Made by a program: the position numbers and the translations under genes
NCBI RefSeq assembly: GCF_006345805.1
Contig: NC_043017.1
Location: 25,296,001-25,360,000, forward strand
Length of the DNA stretch: 64,000 bases
Source: Octopus sinensis
Taxonomy: Eukaryota
Direction of reading: 5' to 3'
Shown: positions 36,031 through 48,820 of the stretch, piece after piece
Layout: the number at the start of each line of letters is the position of its first letter
Position numbering within the stretch: position 1 is the stretch's first letter
Notes under the pieces: model-generated
The model's input: only the letters and a program-made list of their open reading frames with translations
The model's database searches: none
What the model was told of the DNA's origin: nothing

Positions 36031-36692
36031 CCATCCTTCTTGTGGCATTGTGTGATGTTGTATAATAAGTATGACTGTTATACAAGCAGGATGAAGCTCT
36101 GCCATCTGATAAACAGAAAAATTTATCTGTAAGAGCTTGTTTTTTTTTTTTTTCCTATGAAACAAGGGCTTAGGGAGAAATCAGGTTTTGTTCTGTGAGA
36201 AGATTTAATTATCATTTCTCTTGCTTCAAAATATTAAGAACAAAACATTAAGAACAAGTACATCTGTCCTTGTTTATTCATTTATTCCCGATCCATTTAT
36301 CACTGATCCAGCTAACACAGGATGCTCAATTGTGAAGTGTGTTATGCTTGCCATAAATTGATCTTTGATAACATGGGTCAATGATCAGGGGAAGAAAGAT
36401 GCTGCTTGGACGACAAAAGCATGCTCCAGTGACCATCCACAATGCTCAAGACAGCTTGGGGTCTTGCAACGAAACCAGTTTATTCCCATATGTACTGTTA
36501 TCCATTTATCATTTATCACTGGTTCTTTTCCTTTTCTTGAGTCAAACACTTGTGATAAATGAGGACAGGCGTATAAGGTGTTGCCCATCAGTGTCATGAC
36601 GGTGGAATGGAAAAACAGTGCAGCTTCTTGAAACCAAAGTATGGTGACCTGACAGCAGCAAAAATATAGTTGAGAATTAGGAATTGTTTTAT

Positions 36693-37110
36693 AGGTGCAG
36701 TCATGGCTGTGTGGTAAGAAGCTTGCTTCTCAATCACATGGTTCTGAGTTCAGTCCCATTGCTTGGCATCTTGGGCAAGTGTCTTCTACTACAGCCTCAG
36801 GCCAACCAAAGCCTTGTGAGTGGATTTGGTAGACAGAAAATGAAAAAAGCTTGTTTTATATATGTATATATATGCATATATCTATGTGTGTCTGTCTGTC
36901 TGTATTTGTCCTCCACCACTGCTTGACAGCTGGTGTTTGTGTGTTTATGTCCCTGTAACTTAGCAGTTTGGCAAAAGAGACCTATAGAATAAATATTAGA
37001 CTTCAAAAAATAACACGTCCTTGGGTTGAATTGTTTGACTGAAGCCCTTCAAGGCGGTGCCCCAGCATGGCCACAGTCAAATGACTGAAACAAATAGAAG
37101 ATACAAGAAA
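36693..37110 (+). mobile_element. SINE family B (diverged)
   Basis: Head aggtgcagtcatggctgtgtggtaag; body and tail homologous to other B copies. Confidence 0.8.
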
Positions 37111-37239
37111 AGATAAAGATGTGTGTGTGTGTGTGTCATATATTTGAATTACTGGAACCTTTTACCTTTATTCAGATTATTCTGTCTAATGTACCGCTTA
37201 TTTATTCGCATAGTTTTGAGTTACCCTCTTTTTTGTTTT

Positions 37240-37628
37240 TACTCTTTTTACTTGTTTCAGTCATTTGACTGCGGCTATGCTGGAGCACCACCTTTAATTG
37301 AGCAACTTGACCCCGGGACTTATTCTTTTTGTAAGCCCAGTACTTATTCTATCGGTCTCTTTTGCCGAACCGCTAAGTAACGGAGACATAAACACACCAG
37401 CATTGGTTGTCAAGCAATGCTAGGGTTAGACACACACGCATATATATAATATATATATATACACATATATACGACGGGCTTCTTTTCAGTTTCCGTCTAC
37501 CAAATCCACTCACAAGGCTTTCGTCAGCCTGAGGCTATAGTAGAAGACACTTGCCCAAGGTGCCACGCAGTGGGAGTGAACTCGGAACCATGTGGCTGGT
37601 AAGCAAGCTACTTACCACACAGCCACGT
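37240..37628 (-). mobile_element. SINE family B
   Basis: Reverse full-length copy. Confidence 0.85.
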
Positions 37629-37849
37629 GCTGTCATGCCTGTGTATTATCTTGTTGCTTTGAGATTGTATGTTTTTAGAATGACATTGCAGGGTAAGTGT
37701 GAGAGGCCAGACGACAGATCTGGCCCGTTTGGACAAAAGACAGGAAGAATATTTGGGCTGGATAGGGCCAGTTTAAAAGCTAAAGGGTTAATAATGTCCA
37801 CAGTGCCAAAGATATGGGAGGAACTATATCAAACTTTTAAGGGGCTTCT

Positions 37850-38220
37850 ATTTTGTAGGGAATCGTTATTAGTTGTAGATGTGGCATCATATTGATCTGA
37901 GATATTTGTTATGAAGTCAGCCAGAACTCGGAATCTGATTAGCTGCATAGAATTTCTTTTTACCTCTTTGGGAATTCCTAAAAGAATTGTTTCTGACAAC
38001 AATCCACAGTTGATAAGCTGTGAGTTCAAAGAGTGTTTCGAACAATGGGGATCACAACATCCAAGAATCCAGCCCTACCGTCCTCAATGAAATGCTTTTA
38101 GCGGAAAGAATCAATGGAGCCTTTGTCCAAGTAATCAAATGATCCGTTGAAGAAGGCAAACAGTTGAGGAGAGATGTTGAGGAATTTTTATTGCTCTACA
38201 GGGACACTCCTTCATTCATT
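37850..38220 (+). mobile_element. Gypsy-type LTR retrotransposon integrase (rve) pseudogene fragment
   Basis: LVVDVASY..FVMKSARTRNLISCIEFLFTSLGIPKRIVSDNNPQLISCEFKECFEQWGSQHPRIQPYRPQ*NA/AERIN..LLLYRDTP. DDE core motifs (VVD, IVSDN, AER); stops and a frameshift. Confidence 0.8.
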
Positions 38221-38708
38221 GACAAAGATTGTGCCATCGATTCCACCCATAAATTGCTTCTTATTTGATCAACTTGCACATTATCAAATTCTGTGTAACA
38301 GACAAAAATGTAGGGTAGGTAGTAGTAGTGGTGGTAATAATAGGAAAAAACTAACACGAAAAAATAATGTGATGGTTGGAATGTCAAGAATTAGGCCACA
38401 AGGAAGCTGATATCCTTATTGTCTTGAAAAATCGACTTGCAGGAATATACCAACCAAACTTAACCTTTTTCCCCTGTGAAGCTTTTCCATAAGTTTGTCC
38501 GAAATGTCCAGGCTGGTTTTGCAGACAGTTAGCCAGTCCTTTTTCAATAGGCTCTGAGCAATATAAAGGTTTCCTTTCACAAGTCCCAAGTTACTCTGGG
38601 ACTTACGAAAGGAATTGGTAATGTGTATCATATATGATGTAAGGATATCAGGGAAATATGTTGTCTGTATTGAATGATACGCAAGGCAGGTAAAGGTTTG
38701 TTCTTTAA

Positions 38709-39396
38709 CTCTTTCGTTACTGTATTTATTTTGAGATGCTCTGTGTTTCTTTCAATTACTTTAAACCTTTCGTTACCAACCCGGCTGAAACCGGCTCTGG
38801 CTCTGAGTACAAATGTCTTACTCTTTTTACTCTTTTACTCTTTTACTTGTTTCAGTCATTTGACTGCGGCCATGCTGGAGCACCACCTTTAGTCGAGCTC
38901 ATCGACCCCGGGGCTTATTCTTTGTAAGCCCAGTACTTATTCTTTCGCTCTCTTTTGCCGAACCGCTAAGTGACGGGGACGTAAACACACCAGCATCGGT
39001 TGTCAAGCAATGCTAGGGGGACAAACACAGACACACAAATACATATATATATACATATATACGACAGGCTTCTTTCAGTTTCCGTCTACCAAATCCACTC
39101 ACAAGGCATTGGTCGGCCCGGGGCTATAGCAGAAGACACTTGCTCAAGGTGCCACACAGTGGGACTGAACCCGGAACCATGTGGTTGGTTAGCAAGCTAC
39201 TTACCACACAGCCACTCCTGCGCCTTGTCTTGTTTACATAAGTTTTGAATTAAAATTTTCCACCAAACCTTAGTCACAATTTATGTTCCTGACACTAGCT
39301 GAATGATAACTATGTTATTTTACTAAATTCTTTGTTATATTTAAAGTAATTGAAAGGAACACAGAGCATCTCAAAATAAATACAGTAACAAAAGGG
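38709..39396. mobile_element. piggyBac-like MITE (TTAA-flanked, ~55-bp TIRs) with a nested SINE B (38818-39224, - strand)
   Basis: ttaa at 38705 and 39397. The left end ctctttcgttactgtatttattttgagatgctctgtg...caattactttaaa is the inverted match of the right end. Confidence 0.8.
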
Positions 39397-39509
39397 TTAA
39401 ATATAACAAAGAATTTACTCAAGAACATAGTGCACCACTTGGAATCAAATTCAGGACCTTATGACGGTGGGCTTAATATCCTAACCACTAAGCCACCTGC
39501 ATTTGCGTG

Positions 39510-39540
<31 letters not shown>

Positions 39541-39549
39541 ACACATTCT

Positions 39550-39890
39550 TTTATGTGTTCCAGTCATTTGATTGTGGCCATGCTAGAGCACCGCCTTAAA
39601 GGATTTTAGTTGGAGAAATCAATCCCAGAACTCATTCTTTGTAAGCCTAGTACTTATTCTATCAGTCTCTTTTGCCGAACCACTAAGTTACAGGGATGTA
39701 AACACACTAACATCAGTTGTCAAAGACACACACACACACATAAATATATATGCATACGTATACAACAGGCTTCTTTCAGTTTCCGTCTACCAAATCCACT
39801 CAGAAGGCTTTGGTTAGCCTGAGGCTATAGTAGAAGACACTTGCCCAAGGTGCCACACAGTGGGACTGATCTTGGAACCATGTCATTGAG
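39550..39890 (-). mobile_element. SINE family B (diverged)
   Basis: Reverse copy lacking part of the head. Confidence 0.75.
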
Positions 39891-40059
39891 AATCAAGCCA
39901 TTCCTGTGCCCACACACACACATACACACACACACACACACACATACACACACACATAATGTATGTATGTATGAACCAGGGGTTGTGGTGATTTAATGTG
40001 CTTAAGACACGTCAAGCTAAGTAAAATCGCTGTCATCCATACACACAGGTTTGTCCTTT

Positions 40060-40285
40060 ACCGGCGCTAGTGCCACATAAACTGCACCTGTGCTGGTGCT
40101 GTGTAAACGCACCTGTACTGGTGGCATGTAAAAAGCACCCAGGACATTCTGTGAAGTGGTTGGCATTAGGAAGGGCATCCAGCTGTAGAAACCATGCCAC
40201 AGTAGACAGTTGGATTCCGGCCAGCTCATGTCAAACCGTCCAACCCATACCAGCATGGCAAACAGATTTTAAATGACGATGATGA
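40060..40285 (+). mobile_element. RTE-LINE 3' UTR (family D)
   Basis: Family D core and (gat)n tail. Confidence 0.7.
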
Positions 40286-40311
40286 TATATATATATCTAT
40301 ATATATATCGA

Positions 40312-40780
40312 AGGCGGCGAGCTGGCAGAAACGTTAGCACGCCGGGCGAAATGCGTAGCCGTATTTCGTCTGTCGTTACGTTCCGAGTTCAAATTCCGCC
40401 GAGGTCGACTTTGCCTTTCATCCTTTCGGGGTCGATAAATAAAGTACCAGTTTCGCACTGGTGTCGATGTAATCGACTCAATCCCTTTGTCTGTCCCCTC
40501 TATGTTTAGCCCCTTGTGGGCAGTAAAGAAATATATATATATATATATAAGGCAGCGAGCTGGCAGAAACTTTAGCACACCGGGCGAAATGCTTAGCGGT
40601 ATTGCGTCTGTCGTTGCGTTCTGAGTTCAAATTCTGCTGAGGTCGACTTTGCCTTTCATCCTTTCGGGGTCGATAAATTAAGTACCAGTTACGCACTGGG
40701 GTCGATGTAATCGACTTAATCCGTTTGTCTGTCCTTGTTTGTCCCCTCTATGTTTAGCCCCTTGTGGGCAATAAAGAAAC
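40312..40780 (+). mobile_element. Two adjacent SINE A monomers separated by (TA)n
   Basis: Heads at 40312 and 40549, each ending in aaagaaa. Confidence 0.85.
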
Positions 40781-42049
40781 ATATATATATATATATCTAT
40801 ATCTGTTTATATATATATATTTGTGCACACATACACACACAGTTGTATGAATTGGCAGGGCGAAAGGGATAAGATTAAGAAAGAGCGAAGAAGATCCCTT
40901 AGATTTGATTATTGGAATAAGATGTTAGTCGTTTTCAACGAAATCGTTGTTAATTGGTCAGTATAGAACTGTTAACAGAATTATACTGCTGACAAATTAC
41001 AGAAATTATTTTTTATTGCCATGAATGAAATTGCTATATTTATTTATTCTGTGGGAGAAGAAAAAAAAAATATATAAAATAGTTCTTTTTTTATATTATT
41101 TTTTTTGCCTTTTCTTGTATTTATACTGTTTTTTTTTCTCAGTTGTTTCCAATAGTAAGCACTTTTTTCTTTAGTGTATTTTTTTTTTTACTTTTTCAGA
41201 GTTTTTTTTTTAACCTATTTAGAATTTTATATTTCGGATCGTTGCTCTCTGTCACTGTCATTTTTTTGACAGTTTGTCTGTTTCTGTCTTTCTCACTCTC
41301 TCTCTCTCTTTCTTCCCTTTCTCTTTCTCCTGTTCTCTCTTTCTCTCCCTGCCCCTCTCTTTCTCTCTCTCTCTCTCTCTCTCTGAGTTGACTTTAAAGG
41401 ATAATAATAACAGTCTTTCATAAATAAATAAATAGGTAAGGAAAACAATGATTACCTAAAACAACAGCAGAATAAAGAAATTATAGAAAAAGGATAAAAA
41501 TTTAAAGTGGAAGTTGCAGAGTGTGGTGGGGGTGGTGGTGGTAGGGAGGAACAGAATTAATAAAAAAATATTAATAAAAATACAAAGGAGATAAAAAAAA
41601 GACAATAAACAAATGGATCAAATCAAAATAAACATAAACCAGCAGAAGGATAACTCACTCCACTTTCCTCATATCTTTCTCCCTCCCTGCCATTTCCTCT
41701 CCCTACCCCTCTTTCTTTTCTCCATCTGTCTCCCTTCCTACTCTCTTCTCTCACCCTCTCCTGTTCCTCTGCTTCCCTTCCTGACTTTCACTCCCCCTCA
41801 CACCATCTCCCTCACTTCGCCCTCCTCTCCTAATTCCCCCTCTCCATCTACTTCTGCTTCCTTTCTAACTCTAACTCTCCACCTTCCCCTTTCATCTCTG
41901 CCTCTCCCCCTACCTTCTGCTCCTCACCTCCCCATCAGCTCTCTCTTAATGCAGTTGTAAGTTGTTAGATTTCTTGTTCAATTTCCACCGGGATCGACTT
42001 CGCCTTTCATCCTTTCAGGGTCGTTTAAATAAGCACCAGTATTTTTTTA

Positions 42050-42510
42050 CATGTTTAAGGTGGATAGACGAACGTTGAGGTGGTTTGGCCACATGGAGAG
42101 GATGGATGAGAAGCAGATGGGAAGGTGGGTGATGAAGGCAGAAATGGTAGGCAGCAGAACCAGAGGCAGGCCATGGTTTGTGTGGATGGATGGAGTGAGG
42201 ACAGCTTTGGTGATTACAGGTGTTGGAATGAGAGAAGCAAGAGAGTTTATAAATGATCAGAAAGCTTGGAGAGTGTTTGCGGATGGATGAGTGAAGTTGA
42301 TGTTGCTCAAAGGGGTACGGAACGAGCATGACGCAGTGGGGGTAAACCAGCATATGCTGTTGGGCCCTGCTGCTGATATTGGGGGTTGCGTTCTATGCCT
42401 TGACTTGAGCATAGAACGGGGCTCGTCCCTTTCAGCTGGGAAATGAATGGAAAGCCTGGTGTGTGTCTTGTTGTGGCTACCCACTCCTAAAAAAATGGGG
42501 AATAAGTCTG
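42050..42510 (+). mobile_element. RTE-clade LINE 3' end (ORF C-terminus plus 3' UTR)
   Basis: KVDRRTLRWFGHMERMDEKQMGRWVMKAEMVGSRTRGRPWFVWMDGV..DQKAWR matches the LRWFGH.ERM...RGRP..W.D RTE signature. Confidence 0.8.
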
Positions 42511-42556
42511 GGTATATATATATAAAAAAAAAAGATTATTATTATTATTATTATTG

Positions 42557-45135
42557 AAAGGTGGTAACCACAATCAGAATTGTTAGCATGTTGAGTGAAA
42601 TGCTGCTAAGCATTTTGCCTGTCTTTACGTTCTGAGTTCAAGTTCCGCCAAGGTTGACTTTGTCTTTCACTGTTTCAGAGTTGATGAAGTAAGCACCAGT
42701 TGTGCACTGGGGTTGATGTAATTGGCTTAACGTTAGCATGCCGGGCGAAATGCTTAGCAGTATTTTGTGTCTTTACGTTCTGAGTTCAAATTCCACTGAG
42801 GTTGACTTTGTCTTTCACTGTTTCAGAGTTGATGAAGTAAGCACCAGTTGTGCACTGGGGTTGATGTAATTGGCTTAACGTTAGCATGCCGGGCGAAATG
42901 CTTAGCAGTATTTTGTGTCTTTACGTTCTGAGTTCAAATTCCACTGAGGTTGACTTTGTCTTTCACTGTTTCAGAGTTGATGAAGTAAGCACCAGTTGTG
43001 CACTGGGGTTGATGTAATTGGCTTAACGTTAGCATGCCGGGCGAAATGCTTAGCAGTATTTTGTGTCTTTACGTTCTGAGTTCAAATCCACTGAGGTTGA
43101 CTTTGTCTTTCACTGTTTCAGAGTTGATGAGTAAGCACCAGTTTGCACTGGGGTTGATGTAATTGGCTTAACGTTAGCATGCCGGGCGAAATGCTCAGCA
43201 GTATTTTGTGTCTTTACGTTCTGAGTTCAAATTCCACTGAGGTTGACTTTGTCTTTCACTGTTTCAGAGTTGATGAAGTAAGCACCAGTTGTGCACTGGG
43301 GTTGATGTAATTGGCTTAACGTTAGCATGCCGGGCGAAATGCTTAGCAGTATTTTGTGTCTTTACGTTCTGAGTTCAAATTCCACTGAGGTTGACTTTGC
43401 CTTTCACTGTTTCAGAGTTGATGAAGTAAGCACCAGTTGTGCACTGGGGTTGATGTAATTGGCTTAACGTTAGCATGCCGGGCGAAATGCTTAGCAGTAT
43501 TTTGTGTCTTTACGTTCTGAGTTCAAATTCCACTGAGGTTGACTTTGTCTTTCACTGTTTCAGAGTTATGAAGTAAGCACCAGTTGTGCACTGGGGTTGA
43601 TGTAATTGGCTTAACGTTAGCATGCCGGGCGAAATGCTCAGCAGTATTTTGTGTCTTTACGTTCTGAGTTCAAATTCCACTGAGGTTGACTTTGTCTTTC
43701 ACTGTTTCAGAGTTGATGAAGTAAGCACAGTTGTGCACTGGGGTTGATGTAATTGGCTTAACGTTAGCATGCCGGGCGAAATGCTTAGCAGTATTTTTTG
43801 TGTCTTTACGTTCTGAGTTCAAATTCCACTGAGGTGACTTTGTCTTTCACTGTTTCAGAGTTTGAAGTAAGTAAGCACCAGTTGTGCACTGGGGTTGATG
43901 TAATTGGCTTAACGTTAGCATGCCGGGCGAAATGCTTAGCAGTATTTTGTGTCTTTACGTTCTGAGTTCAAATTCCACTGAGGTTGACTTTGTCTTTCAC
44001 TGTTTCAGAGTTGATGAAGTAAGCACCAGTTGTGCACTGGGGTGATGTATTGGCTTAACGTTAGCATGCCGGGCGAAATGCTTAGCAGTATTTTGTGTCT
44101 TTACGTTCTGAGTTCAAATTCCACTGAGGTTGACTTTGTCTTTCACTGTTTCAGAGTTGATGAAGTAAGCACCAGTTGTGCACTGGGGTTGATGTAATTG
44201 GCTTAACGTTAGCATGCCGGGCGAAATGCTTAGCAGTATTTTGTGTCTTTACGTTCTGAGTTCAAATTCCACTGAGTTGACTTTGTCTTTCACTGTTTCA
44301 GAGTTGATGAAGTAAGCACCAGTTGTGCACTGGTTGATGTAATTGGCTTAACGTTAGCATGCCGGGCGAAATGCTTAGCAGTATTTTGTGTCTTTTACGT
44401 TCTGAGTTTCAAATTCCACTGAGGTTGACTTTGTCTTTCACTGTTTCAGAGTTGATGAAGTAAGCACCAGTTGTGCACTGGGTTGATGTAATGGCTTAAC
44501 GTTAGCATGCCGGGCGAAATGCTTAGCAGTATTTTGTGTCTTTACGTTCTGAGTTCAAATTCCACTGAGGTGACTTGTCTTTCACTGTTTCAGAGTTGAT
44601 GAAGTAAGCACCAGTTGTGCACTGGGGTTGATGTAATTGGCTTAACGTTAGCATGCCGGGCGAAATGCTTAGCAGTATTTTGTGTCTTTACGTTCTGAGT
44701 TCAAATTCCACTGAGGTTGACTTTGTCTTTCACTGTTTCAGAGTTGATGAAGTAAGCACCAGTTGTGCACTGGGGTTGATGTAATTGGCTTAACGTTAGC
44801 ATGCCGGCGAAATGCTTAGCAGTATTTTGTGTCTTTACGTTCTGAGTTCAAATTCCACTGAGGTTGACTTTGTCTTTCACTGTTTCAGAGTTGATGAAGT
44901 AAGCACCAGTTGTGCACTGGGGTTGATGTAATTGGCTTAACGTTAGCATGCCGGGCGAAATGCTCAGCAGTATTTTGTGTCTTTACGTTCTGAGTTCAAA
45001 TTCCACTGAGGTTGACTTTGCCTTTCATCCTTTCAGGGTCGACAAATTAAGTACCAGTTGCATACTGGGCTCGATCTAATCGACTGGCCTCCTCCACCAA
45101 AATTTCAGGCCTTGTGCCTCGAGTAGAAAAGAATC
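42557..45135 (+). repeat. 148-bp SINE A-derived satellite (~16-17 copies) inside one SINE
   Basis: cgttagcatg starts at 42731, 42879, 43027 ... 44794, 44941. The SINE head precedes the array and the SINE 3' end follows it. Confidence 0.93.
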
Positions 45136-45344
45136 GGCTTAGCCCTTCCTGAAATTGCTGGCCTTGTGCCAAAATATCAAACCATTATTATTGCTGCTGC
45201 TACCACTACTACTACTACTTTTACTACTTTGTCCAAGCCAAATGTCATTCCTCCTCTCTTGTATTTCTGTAAAAGACATTCTGGGAATAAGGAAAGGGTA
45301 AAAAAAAAAAAAAAAAAGGAAGATAAGAAATTTATTTAAAGCAA

Positions 45345-45570
45345 TAGTAATAGTCATTTCTACTATAGGCACAAGGCCTGGATTTTCTGGGGAGTGGGGA
45401 CAGCTGATCACATCGACCCCAGTACTCAACTGGTACTTAATTTGTAGACCCTGATAGGATGAAAGGCAAAGTCAACCATGGCAGAATTTGAACTCAGAAT
45501 GTAGTGGCAAGCAAAATATCGCTAAGTATTTCGACCAGCGTGCTAATGATTCTGCCTGCTTGCCACCTTA
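45345..45570 (-). mobile_element. SINE family A variant
   Basis: Reverse copy with the aggccttgtgcctatagtagaaa tail type. Confidence 0.75.
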
Positions 45571-45941
45571 AAGCAATAGTAATGATAATAACGATGATGA
45601 TGATGATGATAAAATTAAACAATGTAAGAGGAGATAATTCTTGGGGGAAATGATATATAAATTGAGTAAATGGTTTGTCATTTTGGAAATTCTTTGGCAA
45701 ACTCACCTCTTCCATTAATACGGAACAATGTTGTTTGAAGTTGATGCTGCTTGTTAACAGGAACTACACTCTTGAGTTTTTCTGCTGTGTTTAGAGAAGT
45801 TCTTCAATAAATAAAGGAAAATCGAAAATTAAACAAATGAAAGCCATCTGTGTATGTATACCATGTGCACGCACATACGCATGTGGGTATATGTAGTATG
45901 TATAAATGCAGGTATTAAAGTATATATATATATATATATAT

Positions 45942-46610
45942 AGTTAATCCAAACAAGAAAGCACAAAAGAACACAACAACGCGAGGACGTGGAACAAATA
46001 TAGTATTATTGGACGCTCAGGAAAGAAGGAAAGAAGGAGGGTTTCGAGCGGAGCTCTTCGTCGGAAACATTGGAGAAGGAAAGATCCAGAGAAGGGAAGA
46101 CAGAGGAAAAAAAATATAGTATTATTGGACGCTTAGGAAAGAAGGAAAGAAGGAGGGTTTCGAGCGGAGCTCTTTGTCGGAAACATTGGAGAAGGAAAGA
46201 TCCAGAGAAGGGAAGACAGAGGAAAAAAAATATAGTATTATTGGACGCTTAGGAAAGAAGGAAAGAAGGAGGGTTTCGAGCGGAGCTCTTGGTCGGAAAC
46301 ATTGGAGAAGGAAGATCCAGAGAAGGGAAGACAGAGGAAAAAAAATATAGTATTATTGGACGCTTAGGAAAGAAGGAAAGAAGGAGGGTTTCGAGCGGAG
46401 CTCTTTGTCGGAAACATTGGAGAAGGAAGATCCAGAGAAGGGAAGACAGAGGAAAAAAAATATAGTATTATTGGACGCTTAGGAAAGAAGGAAAGAAGGA
46501 GGGTTTCGAGCGGAGCTCTTTGTCGGAAACATTGGAGAAGGAAAGATCCAGAGAAGGGAAGGCAGAGGAAAAAAAATCGCCAACGGTGCACACACGGTCA
46601 CATTTTGAAT
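45942..46610 (-). repeat. Penelope-like element with five tandem 115-116-bp internal units, each with a hammerhead-like remnant
   Basis: gtttcgagcggagctc at 46041, 46157, 46273, 46388 and 46503; (TA)n flanks. Confidence 0.85.
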
Positions 46611-46925
46611 GTATATATATATATATACATTCTGGCATGGGTTGGATGGTTTGACTGAGGACTGGTGAGCCAGAGGCTGCACCAGGCACAATCTGATTTG
46701 GCATGGTTTCTACTGCTGGATGCCCTTCCTAACGCCAACCACTCCATGAGTGGAGTGGGTGCTTTTTATGTGCCACCGGTACAAATGCACATTATATATA
46801 TATATATATGTATTTAACAAAGACTTTCTTTCTCGTCAGGGTGTAGCTTAAATTCTGCATTATTTTGAAGGATTTTTTGCATTTTTCATTAATGCAGTAT
46901 GTAAGCAATTTATTTATTATTAAAT

Positions 46926-47204
46926 ATCACGTGACCGACCAGACCATCAGATGTTGTTACACATCGCTGGTCACAATGCGTTCGCATTGTTTTAGCCTTC
47001 GAATGACGAGGAGGCCAACAGAAGAAAGAGTGGGAGAAAGAGTGGTGAAAGAGTACAGCAGGGATCACCACCCCCTGCCGAAGCCTCGTAGAGCTTTTAG
47101 GTGTTTTCGCTCAATAAACACTCACAACGCCCGGTCTGGGAATCAAAACCGCGATCCTGCGACTGCGAGTCCGCTGCCCTAACCACTAGGCCATTGCGCC
47201 TCCA
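46926..47204 (-). mobile_element. SINE family C, tail type 1
   Basis: Reverse copy of the 2961-3272 family. Confidence 0.8.
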
Positions 47205-47271
47205 TATTATTAAATATAATAACATAAATTATTTACATGTTTTTAAGTTTATTTCTTTGCCACATTTATGA

Positions 47272-47314
47272 CTGATGAAGGGAGGGTTCTTACGAACCAA
47301 CCCTGAAATCGGTC
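47272..47314 (+). ncRNA. Minimal type-I hammerhead-ribozyme-like motif (probably decayed)
   Basis: CTGATGA-aggg.ag.ggtt-cttacg-aacc.aa.ccct-GAAA-TCG-GTC. Canonical core, folded stem II, near-palindromic stem III (A[C>T]CGGT), GUC triplet; stem I is weak. Confidence 0.5.
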
Positions 47315-47466
47315 CGATATGGTAATAATGGAATTTTTTAGAAATTTCTGTCGACCTTTTTTGAGTAGCGTGCGTATTGTGAGAAAATTATAATGGTTAT
47401 GGACAATGTGTCTAATTTCAGCATATTTGGCATTAGAAATTTTTTTGTTTGCCCTTATTTATTAGT

Positions 47467-47507
<41 letters not shown>

Positions 47508-47690
47508 GGTTTAAATTTACAGAAAACAAAAGACAACAGGTGAGGGAACGACCAGCAGGTGCATTAGTTTGATGCTTGGGAAGAATGGAATTCTTTGACA
47601 TTTCTAGCCTCGGCTCTTTGAGAGAAAAGGATGAGAAGTCAAAAAAAAAAAAATGAAAACATGGAGAGAGAAAAAAAAATGTGTTGAGAT
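47508..47690 (-). mobile_element. Degenerate copy of the second Penelope-like family
   Basis: The minus strand of 47593-47629 reads ctttt-CTCTCAA-A-GAGC-cgag-GCTA-GAAA-T-GT-C-aaag. Confidence 0.45.
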
Positions 47691-48001
47691 TTAAACCTGA
47701 TATAACATACTAAATATATCAGCAAACGGATATATTTCTCTATGTCATTGGGCTGTTCTCTTTCAATCTTTCGTTTGATTGTCTTCTAGACATTTGGTTC
47801 TATCCACTCTAGTGAAATGGTGTGTATTAATGAACAAATATTGCACTCTCTCTCTTTCTCTCTCTCTCTCTCTCACTTCTTATTCTTTTTCCTTTTCTCC
47901 TTCACACTTTCTCTTTCTCTCCTATACTTCTCTTTTACCGTTGTGGTTTCTAACTCCTTCCTCCCCCAGCAACCTACCTTTTATTCCCATTCAATTTTAA
48001 T

Positions 48002-48032
<31 letters not shown>

Positions 48033-48051
48033 ATATAATATATATATATAT

Positions 48052-48082
<31 letters not shown>

Positions 48083-48682
48083 CACTACATAATTACATAC
48101 ATACATATATATATATATATATTATAATTATATTATATATATATATATATATGTATATATATGTGTAACTTATATTTTTTGCCTGTTTTGTCTTCTGTAT
48201 CTCCTCTGTCCGCCCTTCTCCCCAGCCAATGCCTCCTGCCGCCCAACCATTCTCTTCATTTGTTTTGTTTTGGAATTTCCTTATTTTATTACTATTATTT
48301 GTCATTTTTTTTCGTGTGTATCTCTTGATTTATATAAAACTTTATTCAATTCTATATAAAGATAACAGTTAATTATACATATATAGACACATACATAAAT
48401 GCATACACACACATATATATATTTGTGTGTGTGTATTTATATATATATGTGTGTGTGTGTGTATGGAAGCATTATCAGCCACATATTTAACATATATGCT
48501 TCGTGTATTCGCCGCTGTACATACAATATACATATGCATATACACATGTATAGATACATTATATATATATACATATATGTATGGTTATATGTGTATATGC
48601 ATGCATATATATATATATATATACATACATATATGTATGGTTATATGTGTTATATGCATGCATATATATATATATGTATGAT

Positions 48683-48721
<39 letters not shown>

Positions 48722-48789
48722 CATACATATATATCTATGGATATATATATGCATACATATGTGAATATACACATGTATATGTGCTTGTA

Positions 48790-48820
<31 letters not shown>

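Noticed and set aside
38400-38640. Possible minus-strand RT fragment (NSFRKSQS..LMEKLHR..FLQVDFSR)
   Set aside because: Resemblance to RT motifs is too weak to call without a profile search.
42557-45135. CRISPR or tRNA-gene cluster reading of the 148-bp array
   Set aside because: There are no spacers, and the units are SINE internal segments that cannot form a tRNA cloverleaf.
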